A stretch of 64,000 bases of DNA from Candidatus Staskawiczbacteria bacterium (GCA_026395175.1 JAPLZF010000009.1:2290-66289); one strand, 5' to 3'; positions 19,280 to 28,593 are shown, numbered from the stretch's first letter. Notes: a model not told the origin generated them from the letters alone. Numbers and translations are program-made.

Positions 19280-21157
19280 TTAATTTTTAACCGGTGAATC
19301 CATAAACCGGCGGTGCCACAGCTCAAAATTCAAAAGCAGCCAGAATTGGGAATCAAGTGGCTGGTTACCGCGCTGATACGATTCATAAATTTTTTCAATA
19401 TATTTATAATTGAAATATCCCCTTTCTTTGGTTTTTTTATCAAAAATAATTTCAAACAAATAATCTTTCAATTTTCCGCGAAACCAAATATTAGTAGGAA
19501 CGCTAAAACCATGCTTCTTTTTATTGATAATTTGCTTTGGCAAAAAATCTTTCATCGCTTCCTTGAAAATATATTTTGTTTCAAAGCCTTTTATCTTGTA
19601 TTTTGACGGCACAGAATTTGCAAATTCAACAAGGTTTTTGTCTAAAATCGGCGCTCTTGTCTCAAGACCAAAGGCCATGCTGGTTTTGTCGACTTTCTCC
19701 AAATAAGCATCGGGCAAAATAATTTTCTGGTCCAAATACATAATCTTGTCCAGCCAATCAGATAATTTTGATTCGGAAAAATACTGCTTATACATTTTTA
19801 AAGGATCTTCCTGTAAAGATTCTTTAAACAAATTATTTCTCATTTCATCTGAAAAAAAACTAACCCAGCTGGCGTATCTTTTCAAGTCGTCTTTTATGCC
19901 GGCTGAATTGGCAAATTTTTTGGTTTTCCTGAATCCCGGCAGGGAATTTATTGTTTTTTTCAGCAAATTATTGCCTGAAATAAAATTAAAAAATAATAAT
20001 TTCTGCCTGTTTTTTTCTGCCGCATACCTGCGGTATCCTCCAAAAATTTCGTCTCCGCCTTCTCCTGTCAGGGCAACTGTCACATTATTTTTAGCAAACT
20101 TGCTCAAGAAAAAAACAGGAAAGCCGGCGGCGTCTCCAAACGGCTCGTCAAAATGATACACAAGCGTTTCAACTGCTCCCATCAAGTCAGATTCCTTTAA
20201 AACTATTTCATTATGATCAGTCTTGAAATATTCTGCAACAATTCTTGCGTCGCTTAATTCGTTAAACTCGCGCCCCGGCAAATCAAATCCTACTGAAAAA
20301 GTTTTCAGCGGGCTGACTTTATTTTTCGCCATCATTGCCACAACAGAACTTGAATCGATTCCGCCGCTCAAAAAAACTCCCAAAGGAACATCTGATATCA
20401 AACGTTCTTTCACCGAATTTTCAAATAACTCTTTTATTCTCTGCTTGTAATATTCTTCGCCCTTATCTTTTGAATCACCGGCCGGCAAAGAATCCCAGTA
20501 TTTTTTAATATCAATTTTGCCATTTCTAAAAATAAGATAATGCGCCGGCAGAAGCTTCTTGATTCCTTTGTAAATGGTGTCGGGCGCAATAGAATGTCCG
20601 AAAGTAAAATAATTTACCAACCCTTGGTTGTCTATGGTTCTTGTTATTGATTTGTCTTGTAAAATTGCTTTTATTTCCGACGCAAAAACAAATTTATTTC
20701 CGTCAAAATAATAATATAAAGGTTTTTCTCCCATCCTGTCGCGCGCCAAAAACAAACGCTCTTTTGCCTGGTCAAAAATAGCAAAGGCAAACATTCCGTT
20801 GAATTTTTCAACGCAATTGATTCCCCATTGCTCGTAACTGCGCAGAATTACCTCCGTGTCTGTTTTTGATTTGAATTTATGGCCGTTATTTTCCAAAACT
20901 TTTCTTATTTCCTGAAAATTATATATTTCTCCGTTAAAGACAATTTGCAAAGTTTTGTCTTCGTTTGACATCGGCTGATGCCCCAAAGGAGACAAATCAA
21001 TAATAGACAATCGCCTGTGGCCCAAGCCAATGTTGTTTTTTATATAAATGCCAGAATCATCCGGACCCCTGTGGCCCAAAATATCAGTCATATTTTCCAG
21101 CAAAGAGGCATCAACTTTCTGCCCTTTATAATTGTATATTCCGGTTATTCCACACAT
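19280..21157 (-). CDS. glutamine-dependent asparagine-synthase-family amidotransferase (AsnB/WbpS-like)
   Basis: Ntn amidotransferases need Cys as residue 2, so the start is set at MCGITGIY (21157) rather than at 21166. The PP-loop SGGIDSS is present. Confidence 0.8.
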   Translation of the reverse strand: MCGITGIYNYKGQKVDASLLENMTDILGHRGPDDSGIYIKNNIGLGHRRLSIIDLSPLGHQPMSNEDKTLQIVFNGEIYNFQEIRKVLENNGHKFKSKTDTEVILRSYEQWGINCVEKFNGMFAFAIFDQAKERLFLARDRMGEKPLYYYFDGNKFVFASEIKAILQDKSITRTIDNQGLVNYFTFGHSIAPDTIYKGIKKLLPAHYLIFRNGKIDIKKYWDSLPAGDSKDKGEEYYKQRIKELFENSVKERLISDVPLGVFLSGGIDSSSVVAMMAKNKVSPLKTFSVGFDLPGREFNELSDARIVAEYFKTDHNEIVLKESDLMGAVETLVYHFDEPFGDAAGFPVFFLSKFAKNNVTVALTGEGGDEIFGGYRRYAAEKNRQKLLFFNFISGNNLLKKTINSLPGFRKTKKFANSAGIKDDLKRYASWVSFFSDEMRNNLFKESLQEDPLKMYKQYFSESKLSDWLDKIMYLDQKIILPDAYLEKVDKTSMAFGLETRAPILDKNLVEFANSVPSKYKIKGFETKYIFKEAMKDFLPKQIINKKKHGFSVPTNIWFRGKLKDYLFEIIFDKKTKERGYFNYKYIEKIYESYQRGNQPLDSQFWLLLNFELWHRRFMDSPVKN

Positions 21158-22535
21158 ATTTTTCAAATGCGTTATTGTTCAAAGCCAAAAGGCACATCAA
21201 AGCTGAAAAAACAGGCATCCGTATCCTTACAATTATGCCAAAATTATTTATAAAAAGAGAAAGCGCAGATAATGCCAGCAAAGAAAATACCAGCAATGGC
21301 AATGCTAATTTGTATGTTTTGAAAAAGTTTTTCAGTCCATTCTTTTTTATGCGCATTGCCATTCCGCGCAAAATCAGAAAAATTATAAAATACCAGGGAA
21401 TAGTTTCTAAAAGAAAAAATAAATGGCTTTTTTGCTTTAACTGCCATGGGAAAGGCCCTAAAAAAGAATAAACAAAAGATATTGCGTAATTTGTTATGAA
21501 TTTGTATTTATTGCCAAAACCAGTTTCAAGATTGAACGAAGAACTTGTCCCGGAAATTTCAGAGGCAGGGCAAGAAGAAATTTTTCCGCTTTCCGTCAAT
21601 CTTCCGTTTTCTGCGCAATTGGAATTTTCAATCGGCGCATATGCCACTTCCCTGTAATTAGTTATTGAATCTTTATTCAAAAAACTTTCCATTGGAATTG
21701 CTCCAAAATAACCGCACCCAACCAAATATGGAGAAAAACCCAGAAGAAAAATAACGGCAAATCCATAAACAATTTTTTCTTCAAATTTTAAATTCACCAG
21801 GAAAAACCAGCAGGCTACAAAAGAAAACATCAGGGCAAACCCGATATAAAAACGAAAATGTATAAGGCAGGTTAAGACGGCAAAAAACGCCAGAAATTTA
21901 AGCGCTGTAAAATCTTTCATCATTTTTATAAACAGCAGAAGCCCGGCTAAAGACAGCAAAACAACCAAGCTGTCTTTGAGCAATAAACTGCTGAAAAAAA
22001 GGAAGCTCGGATAAAATGAAAAAATCAGCAATATGAAAAAAGCGCTTTTTTTGCTGCCACCGATTTCCAAAATTATAAAATATAAAAAAATAGCGGAGAA
22101 CACGGCTATCCAAACAAGAAACAGCTGGCCGACAATCATTTTTGGCAGAGAAATCGCATAAACCAATCCTATTATCACCGGAAAATAATGGAGCAAATCT
22201 AAATCAGCCAGGTAAAAATTAAAATGCCTGAACCTTTGCGCTATTTCAACCGCGCTGTGATGGTAGCCGTCATAATCAGCTCCTCCTGAAAACGGCTGGA
22301 ATCCTGTAAGATAAATAAACAGGACAACAGACAAATGGACTAAAAAAAATAGCGAAATAATTATATATAATTCCCTGTCCTTTACGCCCAATTTGTATAA
22401 AACGCAAAAAGTTGTGGCAGTCAAAAAAATTGCTATAAGCAGACCGACCGCCAATCCCTTGTCAAAAAAAGATATGAAAAAAATCGCCAGCAAAACTATT
22501 GCCACCAGAAATAATATTTTTTTTGTGTTAATCAT
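21126..22535 (-). CDS. polytopic membrane protein, possibly a glycan polymerase (Wzy-like) or GT-C enzyme
   Basis: The 469-aa product has about 12 hydrophobic segments and one soluble loop, NKDSITNYREVAYAPIENSNCAENGRLTESGK. I recognised no diagnostic motif; the call rests on gene context only. Confidence 0.35.
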   Translation of the reverse strand: MINTKKILFLVAIVLLAIFFISFFDKGLAVGLLIAIFLTATTFCVLYKLGVKDRELYIIISLFFLVHLSVVLFIYLTGFQPFSGGADYDGYHHSAVEIAQRFRHFNFYLADLDLLHYFPVIIGLVYAISLPKMIVGQLFLVWIAVFSAIFLYFIILEIGGSKKSAFFILLIFSFYPSFLFFSSLLLKDSLVVLLSLAGLLLFIKMMKDFTALKFLAFFAVLTCLIHFRFYIGFALMFSFVACWFFLVNLKFEEKIVYGFAVIFLLGFSPYLVGCGYFGAIPMESFLNKDSITNYREVAYAPIENSNCAENGRLTESGKISSCPASEISGTSSSFNLETGFGNKYKFITNYAISFVYSFLGPFPWQLKQKSHLFFLLETIPWYFIIFLILRGMAMRIKKNGLKNFFKTYKLALPLLVFSLLALSALSLFINNFGIIVRIRMPVFSALMCLLALNNNAFEKYVWNNRNIQL

Positions 22536-22540
22536 TTTTT

Positions 22541-23680
22541 TTATTTTAATAACCGATTGAAAACTTTTTCGTATTCTTTGGCGCTTTTTTCCACAGAAAA
22601 AAATTCTGCTCTTTTTCTGCCTGCGTTTGAAAACATTTTTGCCAAAGCCTTATTATTCAAAATTCTTAAAAGAGCCTCTGCCAATGCTTTTGGATTTTGA
22701 ACCGGAACTAAAATTCCGCTCTTGTTGTCTTCAATAATTTCATCGGGACCAAAAGGACATCTTGTTGAAACCACAGGAACTCCGCACGCCATTGCTTCAA
22801 CCAAAACATTTCCAAAACCCTCTGCTACAGAAGACAAAACAAAAACAGAAGATTTTTTGATATATTTATAAGGATTGCTTTGAAATCCTAAAAAATCAAC
22901 ATTTTTTGACAGCCCCAAAGTTTCAACCATTTTTTTCAGTTTTAATTCTTCCGGTCCTTCACCTAAAATAATCAGGCGGACCGATTTTTTTAAAAGCACT
23001 ATTTCAATCGCTTTAAAGAGCATCGGGTAATCTTTTTGGCTTGCCAATCTGCCGGCTGCCGCAACAACAGGAATATCATTATTTATCAGCCACTTATGGC
23101 TGACTTTTTCGTTTGACAAATTAATTAAATTATCATTGACTATCGGGTTGTAAATAACTTTTAATTTTTCAACAGGCGCAATTTTTAAAATATCCTCTGC
23201 CACTCCTTTGGAAACGCAAATTACCTGGTCGGCTTTTAAATAAAATAGCCTGATGAAAACGGGAAGGAAAAAACGCGACACGAAACTATTTAAAGGAGAG
23301 CTTGCAATTTTAGGCAGAGAAAGCAGGGCAATGTGTTCTGTAATGACGATTTTTGTTTTGGCTTTTGACAATTTTACGGCCAATATGCAGATTATATTGA
23401 AATGCGGAAAAGCAGACACTAAAATATCGGGCTGGTTATTTTTTAAATAATTTTTCAAATTTAAAAATGTCCTTAAATATCCTTTGGCGTCAAGACCGGT
23501 TATAATAACATTTTTAGGGACTTTGTCAACGAATCCCCCTTTTTTTTCCGCCAAAACTAATGAAAAGGCATAATCCTTGGCATTTAAAGAGCAGAGAAGG
23601 TTTAAAGCATTCCGCTCGGCTCCCCCGATTTCAAAAGAAGGGAAGAAAAAAGCAATAGTACGTCTTTCTTTCAGAGGCAT
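22541..23680 (-). CDS. GT4-family glycosyltransferase
   Basis: The protein is 379 aa. Motifs present are FFFPSFEIGGAERN and LSSVAEGFGNVLVEAMACGVPVVS. Confidence 0.85.
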   Translation of the reverse strand: MPLKERRTIAFFFPSFEIGGAERNALNLLCSLNAKDYAFSLVLAEKKGGFVDKVPKNVIITGLDAKGYLRTFLNLKNYLKNNQPDILVSAFPHFNIICILAVKLSKAKTKIVITEHIALLSLPKIASSPLNSFVSRFFLPVFIRLFYLKADQVICVSKGVAEDILKIAPVEKLKVIYNPIVNDNLINLSNEKVSHKWLINNDIPVVAAAGRLASQKDYPMLFKAIEIVLLKKSVRLIILGEGPEELKLKKMVETLGLSKNVDFLGFQSNPYKYIKKSSVFVLSSVAEGFGNVLVEAMACGVPVVSTRCPFGPDEIIEDNKSGILVPVQNPKALAEALLRILNNKALAKMFSNAGRKRAEFFSVEKSAKEYEKVFNRLLK

Positions 23681-23709
23681 TTTAATATAAAAATACTGCC
23701 CGAAAAGGC

Positions 23710-23738
23710 TTGCATTTATGGTTAAATTATTATATTAT
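23710..23738 (+). promoter_or_regulatory. sigma70-like promoter candidate for the plus-strand rfbF block
   Basis: The -35 is TTGCAT (23710..23715), followed by a 17-nt spacer and the -10 TATTAT (23733..23738). The promoter lies inside the 5' extension of the track ORF (23718), which supports the downstream ATG at 23772 as the real start. Confidence 0.4.
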
Positions 23739-23771
23739 ACTATAACTTACATAAAAGAAAAAATCAATAAA

Positions 23772-24569
23772 ATGGAGGATGAAAAACCAAAGATAAAAAC
23801 CATTATTTTGTGCGGAGGGACAGGCACCCGCTTGAAGGAGGAAACCGAGTTTAAGCCAAAGCCCATGGTAGACATAGGGGGAAAGCCGATTCTCTGGCAT
23901 ATTATGAAAATATATAACCATCACGGCTATGACAATTTTGTTTTGGCTTTGGGCTACAAGGGCAGTTATATTAAAGATTATTTTTTAAGGCAGAAATATT
24001 ACACTCACGATTTCCTTTTCAAGCAGTCCGAGGGCAAAATAACCAATTTTTTAAACAATGGCTCAGAATGCGATAATTTCAATATAATCTTTGCAGAGAC
24101 AGGGCTGGAAACTCCCCATGGAGAAAGAGTTTTAAAACTGAAAGATTACATAAATGAGGATATTTTTATGGTCACTTACGGCGACGGCATTGCTGACATT
24201 GATATCAAAAAGCTGGTAGAATTCCATAAAAGCCATGGGAAAATAGCAACTATCACAGGGGTCCATCCTGCCAATTCCAGATGGGGATTGGTAAACTCTG
24301 GGGATGATAATATGGTTACCGAATTTGCCCAAAAACCCATGCTTTATGATTATGTGAACGGCGGTTTTATGGTTTTTAACAAGGAATTTTTAAATTATTT
24401 GAAGCCGGGCGATATGATAGAAGATGCTTTAATGAGGCTGATACCTGGAAAACAGCTGGCTTTATACAAACACGAAAATTTTTGGTACGGAATGGACACA
24501 TATAAAGATTTTCTCCTTCTAAACGAACTTTGGGAAAAAGATCCGAAATGGAAAATATGGAAAACATAA
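23772..24569 (+). CDS. rfbF: glucose-1-phosphate cytidylyltransferase
   Basis: The N-terminus reads IILCGGTGTRLKEETEFKPKPMVDIGGKPILWHIMKIYNHHGYDNFVLALGYKG, followed by YGDGIADIDI. The roughly 257-aa length is typical of RfbF. Confidence 0.85.
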   Translation: MEDEKPKIKTIILCGGTGTRLKEETEFKPKPMVDIGGKPILWHIMKIYNHHGYDNFVLALGYKGSYIKDYFLRQKYYTHDFLFKQSEGKITNFLNNGSECDNFNIIFAETGLETPHGERVLKLKDYINEDIFMVTYGDGIADIDIKKLVEFHKSHGKIATITGVHPANSRWGLVNSGDDNMVTEFAQKPMLYDYVNGGFMVFNKEFLNYLKPGDMIEDALMRLIPGKQLALYKHENFWYGMDTYKDFLLLNELWEKDPKWKIWKT

Positions 24570-25387
24570 TTAAAAAAATAATCCGCTCATATAACGCAGG
24601 CAGAAGATATTTGTTTAAAGACACCAAATATTTATTTTTTTACATATACAGGTATTTTACTGATAATTACCATAACAAGTGCAAATTTTATACAGATGAA
24701 GAATTTGCCAATTTAATTAAAGCAGGCAAGCCTGCACTCAGATTGGGAGACGGAGAAATAAGCCTGGTGCATTTTTTGCCCACACCCAGCAACAGCCCGC
24801 AAGTTTACAGCGACGCCATAAGAAATGACTTCTTGAAAATTATCAAAAATTACAGCGACGATTCAAAATACATAATCGGAATTCCCAAAGCCGTCAATTT
24901 TACGAATGCAGAATTGAAAAAAATAAACCGCTTTGAAGTATGCCGGCAGATGAAAATCACCTACGAGATGATATTCAATAAAAACGCGAAATATTTTGAC
25001 GCGTTTGCTTTTTACAAAGACGGCGGGTTTGAAAAATTCATATTGCCGCACATAAAAAACAAAAAAGTGATAATAGCGACAAATGAAGAAAACAAGAAAA
25101 AAATAATGGATTCCAAATTGTCGTCAAAAGAATATCTTTATGTTACTTGCGGAGAAAAAAATACCTATGAAGACAGATTCAGGATGCAAAATGAGATTAT
25201 TAATATTATTGACAAAAGCGGGTTGCCGAAAGATAATTTTGCCATACTGATGTCTGCCGGGCTTTCAAAAACAATAATACATGACATGGCTGGCAAAGGA
25301 TACCAGTTAATAGACATTGGAAGGGGGCTGGAAAATTATTACGCAGGAATAAGCATCGAACACCTTCTTACGGACAAACTTTATTAA
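24530..25387 (+). CDS. hypothetical protein, possibly a GT-D (DUF1792-like) glycosyltransferase
   Basis: LRLGDGEISLV resembles the RFGDGE motif as I remember it. The C-terminal ILMSAGLSKTIIHDMAGKGYQLIDIGRG also fits my recollection of that family. The start is uncertain (alternatives at 24548 and 24557). Confidence 0.35.
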   Translation: MGKRSEMENMENIIKKIIRSYNAGRRYLFKDTKYLFFYIYRYFTDNYHNKCKFYTDEEFANLIKAGKPALRLGDGEISLVHFLPTPSNSPQVYSDAIRNDFLKIIKNYSDDSKYIIGIPKAVNFTNAELKKINRFEVCRQMKITYEMIFNKNAKYFDAFAFYKDGGFEKFILPHIKNKKVIIATNEENKKKIMDSKLSSKEYLYVTCGEKNTYEDRFRMQNEIINIIDKSGLPKDNFAILMSAGLSKTIIHDMAGKGYQLIDIGRGLENYYAGISIEHLLTDKLY

Positions 25388-25399
25388 TTTTCTAAAATT

Positions 25400-26461
25400 A
25401 TGGACAAAATAATAGAGCAGGACATAAAAGAAATAACAGATAGCATAAAAAAAATTGCACAAAAGTTGGAAGGAAAAACTCTTTTGGTTACCGGCGGAAC
25501 CGGATTTATCGGCAGTTATATTTTAGACGCTGTTTCTTTTCTTAATGAAAACCATTTCAAAAAACCCTGCAACTTAATATGTTTGGATAATTTAATTGTC
25601 GGAGACGAGCATAGGATATCGCGCTTGCTTGAAAAAGAATATTTCAAATTCATAAAGCATGACATTTCAAAGCCTTTTGAATATGCCGACTCTATAGATT
25701 TCATAATTCATGCCGCTTCAATTGCCTCTCCGACATTTTACCGGCTTCATCCCATAGAAACAATCGACGCCAATGTTTTGGGAACGCGCAATCTGCTGGA
25801 ACTGGGCGCAGAAAAAAAAATAAAAAGCTTCCTTTATTTCAGCTCCAGCGAAACTTATGGAGACCCGATTGAAGGAAATATTCCAACGCCGGAAACCTAT
25901 AAGGGAAACGTTTCTTTTACAGGGCCAAGGGCTTGCTACGACGAGTCGAAAAGATTGGGCGAAACGCTGTGCATTGCTTTTTTCAACCAGCGCAATGTTC
26001 CTGTTAAAATTGCCAGGCCTTTCAATGTTTACGGCCCCGGCATGAGATTGGACGACAAAAGAGTCATTCCGGATTTTATGAACAATGTCTTGCATAACGA
26101 ACCCATTATAATGTACAGCGACGGAAAAGATACAAGGTCTTTCTGTTATGCCACAGATGCGATAATCGGCTTTTTTAAAATATTATTATCAGATTTCAAC
26201 GGCGAACCGTTTAACGTTGGAAATGACGCAGAAGAAATATCAATGATAAAATTGGCAGAAACCATAAAAGAAATTTCAGGAAACAAAATTGAAATAATAA
26301 GCAGAGAAAGCAAAGACAAAAACTATTTGAAAGATAATCCGCACCGCCGTCTGCCTGATTTGGCTAAAATAAAAAAACTTTTGAATTACGAGCCGAAAAC
26401 AGATTTAAAAACTGGGCTTAAAAAAAGCATAGACTGGTATAAATTAGCCTATAACTTATGA
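25400..26461 (+). CDS. NAD-dependent epimerase/dehydratase, UDP-glucuronate decarboxylase (UXS/ArnA-like)
   Basis: Motifs present are LLVTGGTGFIGSYIL, SSSETYGDP and YDESKRLGE. The gene is translationally coupled to ugd through an ATGA overlap. Confidence 0.55.
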   Translation: MDKIIEQDIKEITDSIKKIAQKLEGKTLLVTGGTGFIGSYILDAVSFLNENHFKKPCNLICLDNLIVGDEHRISRLLEKEYFKFIKHDISKPFEYADSIDFIIHAASIASPTFYRLHPIETIDANVLGTRNLLELGAEKKIKSFLYFSSSETYGDPIEGNIPTPETYKGNVSFTGPRACYDESKRLGETLCIAFFNQRNVPVKIARPFNVYGPGMRLDDKRVIPDFMNNVLHNEPIIMYSDGKDTRSFCYATDAIIGFFKILLSDFNGEPFNVGNDAEEISMIKLAETIKEISGNKIEIISRESKDKNYLKDNPHRRLPDLAKIKKLLNYEPKTDLKTGLKKSIDWYKLAYNL

Positions 26462-27837
26462 AAATATCAATCATTGGCGCAGGTTATGTGGGGTTAGTGA
26501 CAGGAGTTGGGCTTGCCTCTGTGGGACACGAGGTTTTTTGCGTTGACGTAAATGAAGAAAAAGTTAAAAAAATAAACAGCGGGATATCGCCGATTTACGA
26601 AAAAGATTTGGATAAATTGCTGAAAAAAGCGTCCAGCAAAAAATTAATATCGGCAACTTCTGATTTAAAATCTGCTGTTTTGAACAGCGACATAACTTTT
26701 ATAACCGTGCCCACGCCAAGCCAAAATGACGGCGGAATTGACCTGTCTTTCATCAAAAAAATTTCGCACCAGATAGGAATTGCCCTCCTGCAGAAAAATA
26801 AATACCATTTGATAGTTGTAAAAAGCACGGTTGTGCCAGAAACAACCCAGGACATTGTTATTCCGTTGATAGAAAAATATTCGAAAAAAAACGTCGGGCA
26901 ATTCGGCGTATGCATGAATCCGGAATTTCTCCGCGAAGGCGGAGCTGTTTATGATTTTATGAACCCCGACAGGATAGTAATAGGCCAGCTGGACAAAAAA
27001 AGCGGAGACAAATTGGCAGAGGTTTATAAGAATTTCAAGACAGACATATTGAGAACTTCTCTCAATAACGCCGAAATGATCAAATATACAAACAATGCTT
27101 TGCTGGCAACTTTGATTTCCTTTTCCAATGAAATTGCCAATATCTGCCAGCAAACTCCCGGAACCGATGCTTTTGAAGTTTTGAAAGGAGTTCATTTGGA
27201 CAAAAGATTCAATCCTATTTTAAACAACAAAAGAGTCAACCCAAACTTTTTGACTTATTTATGGCCCGGTTGCGGATTCGGCGGCAGCTGTTTTCCCAAA
27301 GACGTGAAGGCGCTGGCCGCTTTCGCAAAAAAGAAAAATTACAATCCTCTTATTTTATCGGCGGTTTTGGATGTCAATAAAAAACAGCCGTTGCAGCTTT
27401 CAAGCCTGGCTGAAAAAAATCTTGGGACATTGGAAAATAAAAAAATTGCTGTTTTGGGGCTGGCTTTCAAGCCCAACACTGACGACACCAGAGAATCTCC
27501 GGCAATTTCTTTAATAAAAGAATTAATTTCCAAAAAAGCAAAAGTTTCTGTTTATGACCCCATAGTAAATTCAAATAATATCAAATCCCCTCTTTCGGGC
27601 TTGAATTTTAAATTTGCAAATTCTTTGGATGACGCCATAAAAGGCAAAGATGCCTGCCTGTTGGTTACCAGCTGGCAAGAATTTAAGAATATAACTCCGG
27701 AACTTTTAAAAAATGGAACAAAAAATCCTTTGCTGATTGACGGACGCGGATTTTTTGACAAAAAAGAATTTGAAGGAAAAACAAATTATCTGCCGATTGG
27801 AAAAAATATAAATAAAAAAAATATCCAAACATCTTAA
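26458..27837 (+). CDS. ugd: UDP-glucose 6-dehydrogenase family enzyme
   Basis: The N-terminus MKISIIGAGYVGLVTGVGLA and the catalytic-Cys motif GFGGSCFPKDV are present. The 459-aa product has the three-domain length of this family. Confidence 0.85.
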   Translation: MKISIIGAGYVGLVTGVGLASVGHEVFCVDVNEEKVKKINSGISPIYEKDLDKLLKKASSKKLISATSDLKSAVLNSDITFITVPTPSQNDGGIDLSFIKKISHQIGIALLQKNKYHLIVVKSTVVPETTQDIVIPLIEKYSKKNVGQFGVCMNPEFLREGGAVYDFMNPDRIVIGQLDKKSGDKLAEVYKNFKTDILRTSLNNAEMIKYTNNALLATLISFSNEIANICQQTPGTDAFEVLKGVHLDKRFNPILNNKRVNPNFLTYLWPGCGFGGSCFPKDVKALAAFAKKKNYNPLILSAVLDVNKKQPLQLSSLAEKNLGTLENKKIAVLGLAFKPNTDDTRESPAISLIKELISKKAKVSVYDPIVNSNNIKSPLSGLNFKFANSLDDAIKGKDACLLVTSWQEFKNITPELLKNGTKNPLLIDGRGFFDKKEFEGKTNYLPIGKNINKKNIQTS

Positions 27838-27870
27838 TTGTTTTTTAAAAAAATAAATGTATACTGAAAT

Positions 27871-27898
27871 AAAAAAAAGGCGCATTGGGTAATGCGCC
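27871..27898 (-). terminator. intrinsic terminator of the GC-rich Nudix-like gene
   Basis: A perfect 7-bp stem GGCGCAT/ATGCGCC (27879..27885 and 27892..27898) encloses a 6-nt loop. On the minus strand it is followed by T8 (the complement of 27871..27878). No T-tract follows it on the plus strand, so it is not a good terminator for ugd. Confidence 0.7.
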
Positions 27899-27922
27899 AC
27901 ATGCTCACCCAAATGGGTTGGG

Positions 27923-28501
27923 TTATGCACATTGAATATTTTCGGCAACGAATGCGCCGAGCGCCGCGGGAATAATCCTGCGCCGATGGCTTGCAATCGT
28001 CTTTGTAGGAAGCTGGTCCACAGGGAACCACATCCCTTTCATCTCGCTAGCTCTGCCCGCCTGAAGACAGCAAAGATAGACCAGCGAAAGGAAATGTCCC
28101 CGAGCTTCGTTGGGATTATTCACGTTGGCAACGAAACGCGCCGACTGAATCGTTCCGCCGCCGAACTCCTTGTCGACAAGGCGATTGAAGACGTCTTCGA
28201 TGTCTTCTCCTGAACGAAGAACCGAACCAGGGCAGTGCCATTCGCTGGGGTATGCGGTATCGTCAGGAGGCCGATGAGTCATATACACCTCTACGATGTT
28301 ATAGCTTGCATCATCTGTTTGAACAAGACCATGAGATGTTTCGCAACAAACTCCGACAATCTCCTTCCTCTTCAATTGAAGGCAGACCGCCTCCACCGCC
28401 ACGCTGACAGTAACCTTGGCTAGCGCATCGAATAACGCTGTGCCATAGGGCTTTGCGGGATTAATTCCCTGCAATCCCCGTATCAAATCCGACCTTCTCA
28501 T
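27923..28501 (-). CDS. Nudix-fold protein with a degenerate Nudix box; compositionally foreign
   Basis: EWHCPGSVLRSGEDIEDVFNRLVDKEFGG aligns position by position with W-x-L-P-G-G-x2-E-x-G-E-x7-R-E-x2-E-E-x-G. Three of the consensus acidic residues are replaced (E to R, E to L, E to K). The C-terminus GMWFPVDQLP is also Nudix-like. The start is set at the ATG at 28501 because GAAAGGAGGGAGAGCA precedes it (an AAGGAGG SD with a 7-nt spacer). A 60-nt sample at 28021..28080 is 32/60 GC, against 13/60 at 27781..27840. Confidence 0.6.
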   Translation of the reverse strand: MRRSDLIRGLQGINPAKPYGTALFDALAKVTVSVAVEAVCLQLKRKEIVGVCCETSHGLVQTDDASYNIVEVYMTHRPPDDTAYPSEWHCPGSVLRSGEDIEDVFNRLVDKEFGGGTIQSARFVANVNNPNEARGHFLSLVYLCCLQAGRASEMKGMWFPVDQLPTKTIASHRRRIIPAALGAFVAENIQCA

Positions 28502-28593
28502 TGCTCTCCCTCCTTTCAAAAGGGTTGTACAAATTAACAAAGGACAAAACTAAACACTAATCTCACTAATATATTATATACAAAATAAAAATA

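Noticed and set aside
18319-24569. The track-derived 5' extensions of ORFs: 19326 for the epimerase, 21166 for the AsnB-like gene and 23718 for rfbF.
   Set aside because: The extensions add residues before the Rossmann motif and would bury the obligatory N-terminal Cys nucleophile. The rfbF extension would overlap the predicted promoter. In each case the downstream ATG fits the family architecture better.
27706-28031. Minus-strand ORFs 27706..27996 and 27834..28031, which span the ugd 3' end, the terminator and the Nudix-gene 3' end.
   Set aside because: They run across an intrinsic terminator hairpin and overlap two well-supported genes in other frames. Their sequences are low-complexity.
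27932-28423. Plus-strand ORFs 27932..28213 (93 aa) and 28235..28423 (62 aa) inside the GC-rich island.
   Set aside because: GC-rich sequence is poor in stop codons in all frames. The minus-strand frame has the Nudix-box alignment, an SD and a terminator, whereas these two ORFs have none of those.
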